Origin: Octopus sinensis | Taxonomy: Eukaryota | Length of the DNA stretch: 64,000 nt | Direction of reading: 5' to 3' | Assembly: GCF_006345805.1 (NCBI RefSeq) | Contig: NC_043025.1 | Location: 13,206,001 to 13,270,000 of the forward strand | Part shown: in pieces, positions 62,201-64,000 of the stretch | Numbering within the stretch: position 1 is the stretch's first letter | How the letters are laid out: each line of letters starts with the position of its first letter | Notes under the pieces: generated by a model | What the model saw: only the letters and a program-made list of their open reading frames with translations | Told to the model about the DNA's origin: nothing | Database searches by the model: none | Made by a program: the position numbers and the translations under genes

Positions 62201-63345
62201 ACAGTGGGACACCCGGAACCATGTGGTTGGTAAGCAAGCTACTTACCACACAGCCACTCCTACACCTATATATACGACAGGCTTCTTCAGTTTCCGTCTA
62301 CCAAATCCACTCACAAAGCTTTGGTCGGCCCGGGGCTATAGCAGAAGACACTTGCCCAAGGTGGCCACACAGTGGGACAACCCGGAACCATGTGGTTGGT
62401 AAGCAAGCTACTTACCACACAGCCACTCCTACACCTATATATACGACAGGCTTCTTTCAGTTTCCGTCTACCAAATCCACTCACAAGCTTTGGTCGGCCC
62501 GGGGCTATAGCAGAAGACACTTGCCAAGGTGCCACACAGTGGGACAACCCGGAACCATGTGGTTGGTAAGCAAGCTACTTACCACACAGCCACTCCTACA
62601 CCTATATACGACAGGCTTCTTTCAGTTTCCGTCTACCAAATCCACTCACAAAGCTTTGGTCGGCCCGGGGCTATAGCAGAAGACACTTGCCCAAGGTGCC
62701 ACACAGTGGGACAACCCGGAACCATGTGGTTGGTAAGCAAGCTACTTACCACACAGCCACTCCTACACCTATATATACGACAGGCTTCTTTCAGTTTCCG
62801 TCTACCAAATCCACTCACAAAGCTTTGGTCGGCCCGGGGCTATAGCAGAAGACACTTGCCCAAGGTGCCACACAGTGGGACAACCCGGAACCATGTGGTT
62901 GGTAAGCAAGCTACTTACCACACAGCCACTCCTACACCTATATATACGACAGGCTTCTTTCAGTTTCCGTCTACCAAATCCACTCACAAAGCTTTGGTCG
63001 GCCCGGGGCTATAGCAGAAGACACTTGCCCAAGGTGCCACACAGTGGGACTGAACCCAGAACCATGTGGTTCGTAAGCAAGCTACTTACCACACAGCCAC
63101 TCCTGTGCTTATGATGATGATGATGATGATGAATGTGTCTTGTGTTACTGAACCCCTTTTTTTTTTACTTCTTTCCAGCACCAATGCCCTTATTTGTGGC
63201 CAGCCTCTCACCCCGTGTCCAGGGTCTCCATGAACAGGTGAAGGAGTTCGTCTCGGAGCACGTGTTGCCCCTGGAACCTGTCTTCCTTCAGCATCTTACG
63301 TCGGACAAGAGATGGACCCCATTTGAGCCTGTGGAGAAGCTGAAG
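34541..63345 (+). CDS. ACAD10: Acyl-CoA dehydrogenase family member 10 orthologue, 13 coding exons in window, 3' incomplete
   Basis: Exons join in frame over 2142 nt with GT-AG boundaries. HAD motifs ([29 protein letters not shown]), kinase motifs ([35 protein letters not shown]) and the ACAD start ([15 protein letters not shown]) occur in the order I recall for human ACAD10. The HAD domain distinguishes it from ACAD11. Confidence 0.95.
35402..35550 (+). CDS. ACAD10: ACAD10 coding exon 2
   Basis: ttttctttctag|; [50 protein letters not shown]; |gtcaga; 149 nt, phase 1 to 0. Not in the ORF track. Confidence 0.9.
35985..36565 (+). mobile_element. Family-H retroelement 3' segment with (AAT)n tail
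   Basis: Highly similar copies at about 51672-52215(+) and 21517-21868(-); no ORF recognised. Confidence 0.65.
36839..37033 (+). CDS. ACAD10: ACAD10 coding exon 3
   Basis: tcctttag|; VGYNV...[13 protein letters not shown]...[11 protein letters not shown]; |gtaagt; 195 nt. Confidence 0.93.
37942..38100 (+). CDS. ACAD10: ACAD10 coding exon 4
   Basis: gtcccag|; [21 protein letters not shown]...[21 protein letters not shown]; |gtaagt; 159 nt. Confidence 0.95.
38261..38703. mobile_element. piggyBac-like MITE (family 2) with a second copy nested at its internal TTAA (38276-38494)
   Basis: TTAA at 38257, 38272, 38495 and 38704; TIR CCCTTTAG. Confidence 0.8.
38710..39260 (+). mobile_element. Family-D modular retroelement/SINE body with (GAT)n tail
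   Basis: Diverged ~65-nt GTGCCRGTGGCAC modules, then GGCGTTAGGAAGGGCATCCAGCTGTAGAAA, then (GAT)n. Copies at about 19330-19755, 21880-22060(-), 28355-28745(-), 36565-36745(-), 39840-40055, 45330-45715, 60423-60865. Confidence 0.7.
39548..39707 (+). CDS. ACAD10: ACAD10 coding exon 5
   Basis: ttcctcag|; [19 protein letters not shown]...LNLPHP; G|gtaaac; 160 nt. Confidence 0.92.
40528..40759 (+). mobile_element. SINE-C (tRNA-like head, tail ending AAAGAAATA)
   Basis: TGGCAGAAACGTTAGC...GAGTTCAAATTCC; dimeric minus-strand copies at about 18918-19330 and 32600-32930; many fragments. Confidence 0.8.
40778..41100. repeat. ~95-106 bp C/A-rich minisatellite, 3 units plus a partial unit overlapping the exon 6 acceptor
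   Basis: ttactac(c/t)aca(t/g)(g/a)tac at 40778, 40873, 40979, 41085. Confidence 0.9.
41097..41194 (+). CDS. ACAD10: ACAD10 coding exon 6
   Basis: ccacag|; [33 protein letters not shown]; |gtgagt; 98 nt. Confidence 0.9.
41937..42154. mobile_element. piggyBac-like MITE (family 2)
   Basis: TTAA|CCCTTTAG ... TTAAAGGG|TTAA; near-identical to 38276-38494. Confidence 0.8.
42281..42396 (+). CDS. ACAD10: ACAD10 coding exon 7
   Basis: gtgtccag|; [21 protein letters not shown]...GMCDDT; AG|gtaaaa; 116 nt. Confidence 0.94.
42807..42988 (+). CDS. ACAD10: ACAD10 coding exon 8
   Basis: ctttccag|; [15 protein letters not shown]...[16 protein letters not shown]...FGKK; G|gtaagt; 182 nt. Confidence 0.95.
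43045..44395. repeat. Complex CA/TA microsatellite with a recurring gtaggtatgtacatatatg unit
   Basis: Direct inspection; ACAD10 intron 8. Confidence 0.95.
45800..46070 (-). mobile_element. CR1/L2-group LINE ORF2 C-terminal remnant
   Basis: [33 protein letters not shown]...[16 protein letters not shown]. Confidence 0.8.
46184..46334 (+). CDS. ACAD10: ACAD10 coding exon 9
   Basis: gtttgtag|; [15 protein letters not shown]...TTVVHGDF; CG|gtatgg; 151 nt. Confidence 0.94.
47722..48491 (-). mobile_element. Two head-to-tail non-autonomous Helitrons (47722-48106, 48107-48491)
   Basis: Exact CTAG|TC junction on the minus strand at 48107/48106. Confidence 0.85.
48585..48730 (+). CDS. ACAD10: ACAD10 coding exon 10
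   Basis: ttttttcag|; RLDNLIYS...[20 protein letters not shown]...LPILP; G|gtctgt (weak donor, but required by phase); 146 nt. Confidence 0.9.
48984..49548 (+). mobile_element. SINE-B with a 175-bp 3' tandem duplication
   Basis: TSD AATCATAGGTGT (48972-83, 49549-60); units 49191-49365 and 49366-49540. Confidence 0.85.
50125..50783. mobile_element. Merlin-like MITE with duplicated 3' half
   Basis: ~28-bp TIR (G/A)GATCTTTTCGGTTTGAACGGCAGTTTT; 8-bp TSD AATTTTAC (50117-24, 50784-91); related fragments at about 27240-27640. Confidence 0.65.
50844..51017 (+). CDS. ACAD10: ACAD10 coding exon 11
   Basis: gtttcag|; [13 protein letters not shown]...[27 protein letters not shown]; G|gtaagc; 174 nt. 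Confidence 0.95.
51134..51548 (+). mobile_element. SINE-A, full length
   Basis: Same family in the + orientation, in ACAD10 intron 11. Confidence 0.85.
52487..52757. repeat. (AAT)n-(GAT)n-(AAT)n compound trinucleotide repeat
   Basis: Direct inspection. Confidence 0.95.
53678..54630 (-). repeat. Tandem array of 5 SINE-A heads, ~200-bp period
   Basis: Units share private variants (aagatgcc, gttcgtaagc) and are separated by (TA)n. Confidence 0.95.
55368..55800 (-). mobile_element. 5'-truncated RTE-clade LINE 3' end
   Basis: ORF C-terminus [13 protein letters not shown]...LLLWKP...[16 protein letters not shown]...MMDREVWR, typical of RTE ORF2; (GAT)n tail; last ~138 bp tandemly duplicated. Confidence 0.8.
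55979..56209 (+). CDS. ACAD10: ACAD10 coding exon 12 (kinase end + linker)
   Basis: tttgacag|; [13 protein letters not shown]...[13 protein letters not shown]...NLVK; T|gtaaga; 231 nt; phase matches exon 13. Donor position is less constrained by homology. Confidence 0.82.
56264..58020 (-). mobile_element. Helitron 3' end followed by an internal ~312-329 bp tandem array (about 5.5 units)
   Basis: CTAG end and hairpin at 56264-56290; unit starts at 56301, 56619, 56931, 57260, 57572, 57887; no 5' TC end found. Confidence 0.75.
58318..58890. repeat. Polypyrimidine (CT-rich) tract with degenerate internal units
   Basis: Direct inspection. Confidence 0.9.
59022..59165. mobile_element. hAT-type MITE
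   Basis: CAGTG...CACTG termini with ~15-bp imperfect TIR; flanks gcctatac / gtctatag (6 of 8 match). Confidence 0.7.
59600..59905. repeat. Degenerate (CAT)n tract
   Basis: Direct inspection. Confidence 0.9.
60116..60421 (+). mobile_element. Tandem pair (169-bp period) of Penelope-like terminal repeat fragments
   Basis: Two near-identical ~138-bp units separated by (AAT)n, each carrying a hammerhead-like motif; a 3' fragment of the same unit lies on the minus strand at about 8353-8390. Confidence 0.55.
60330..60375 (+). ncRNA. Minimal type I hammerhead ribozyme-like motif (Penelope-like pLTR type), copy 2
   Basis: Stem I aacac/gtgtt; core TTGAAGA (C3U variant); stem II GGCTG/CGGCC with 10-nt loop; GAAA; palindromic AACGTT helix III with GUU triplet. 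Degenerate copy at 60161-60206. Confidence 0.55.
61100..63110 (-). repeat. Tandem array of 12 SINE-A heads, ~168-bp period
   Basis: Marker aaccatgtgg at about 61197, 61368, 61547, 61714, 61881, 62050, 62217, 62386, 62553, 62720, 62889, 63060. Confidence 0.95.
63179..63345 (+). CDS. ACAD10: ACAD10 coding exon 13 (start of ACAD domain)
   Basis: ctttccag|; [34 protein letters not shown]...[12 protein letters not shown]; |gtaagg; 167 nt. Confidence 0.92.
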
Positions 63346-64000
63346 GTAAGGGGACCAGCCACGGAGATGAGGGAGTGAATAAAGGGAGAGGCAAAGGGAG
63401 GAGGAGTGGAGGAGAGAAAGAGTGAATGGAAGGAGAGAGAGGGAGGGAAGGTGGTGGAAGAAGAGAAAGTGAATGAGAAAGGGAGAGTGGGTGGAAGGAG
63501 AGAAAAGATGAGAGGGAAAGAGAGGAGAGTGAGAAGGGAGAGGGAAGAAGGTGTAAAGGAAAGAGAGAGAGAGAGAAGAGAGAATGAAAGGGAGAGAGGG
63601 GTAGAGGGATGGATGGAAGGAGAGCAAGATGAATGAGAGAAAGGAAGAGAGGAGGAGGGAGAGAGGGAAGAAGGTGTAAAGAAAAGAGAGAGAGGGGAGG
63701 TAGCAAGGGGGAGAGAAAGAGAGAGAGAAGCAGAGAGTCTGTGTGTCCCCGGAACCACATGGTTGTGTGTCTATTTCTTCCATCCAATACCTCTCATCTC
63801 TGCACTCTACTTCACCCTAAAGGTCCCACACAATCCTTCCTCAATCCTACCATGCCAACCACCTGGAATTTCCTCCTCATCTTTATCATTCCTGTATTTG
63901 TCCTCGCTGACTTTTAAATGTCCCCAGGTAAACATCAACTTACCTGACCACCCTCAATGGGTCATGAGGGTCACCAACACTCTCCCACCTCAACTAACCC

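Noticed and set aside
61690-63014. 328-aa and 161-aa repetitive ORFs
   Set aside because: They are readings through the SINE-head tandem array; frames shift with 1-bp indels

Overview
Animal genomic DNA, very rich in microsatellites and transposable elements. The repeat landscape looks like a coleoid cephalopod, probably Octopus; this is pattern recognition, not a database result. The right half holds 13 coding exons (34541-63345, + strand, 2142 nt = 714 codons, all GT-AG, phases consistent) of an ACAD10 orthologue: mitochondrial presequence, HAD phosphatase domain, APH-type kinase domain, linker, and the start of the acyl-CoA dehydrogenase domain. The gene runs off the right edge. The left half has no recognisable protein domain, but two frame-compatible exon candidates suggest a divergent minus-strand gene. 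Everything else is SINEs (at least four families), non-autonomous Helitrons, TTAA-, hAT- and Merlin-type MITEs, LINE remnants, TE-derived tandem arrays and palindromes. Most interesting: an internal MPP-like cleavage motif in the ACAD10 linker; a tandem minimal hammerhead-ribozyme-like motif on the sense strand of intron 12; SINE-head and Helitron-seeded satellites; a minisatellite that overlaps a splice acceptor; a twice-repeated TGTCAAGG-N12-CCTTGACA palindrome; and foldback palindromes sharing a CAATTATT centre. TE family assignments come from terminal signatures only. Repeat boundaries are approximate unless TSDs or splice sites are quoted.
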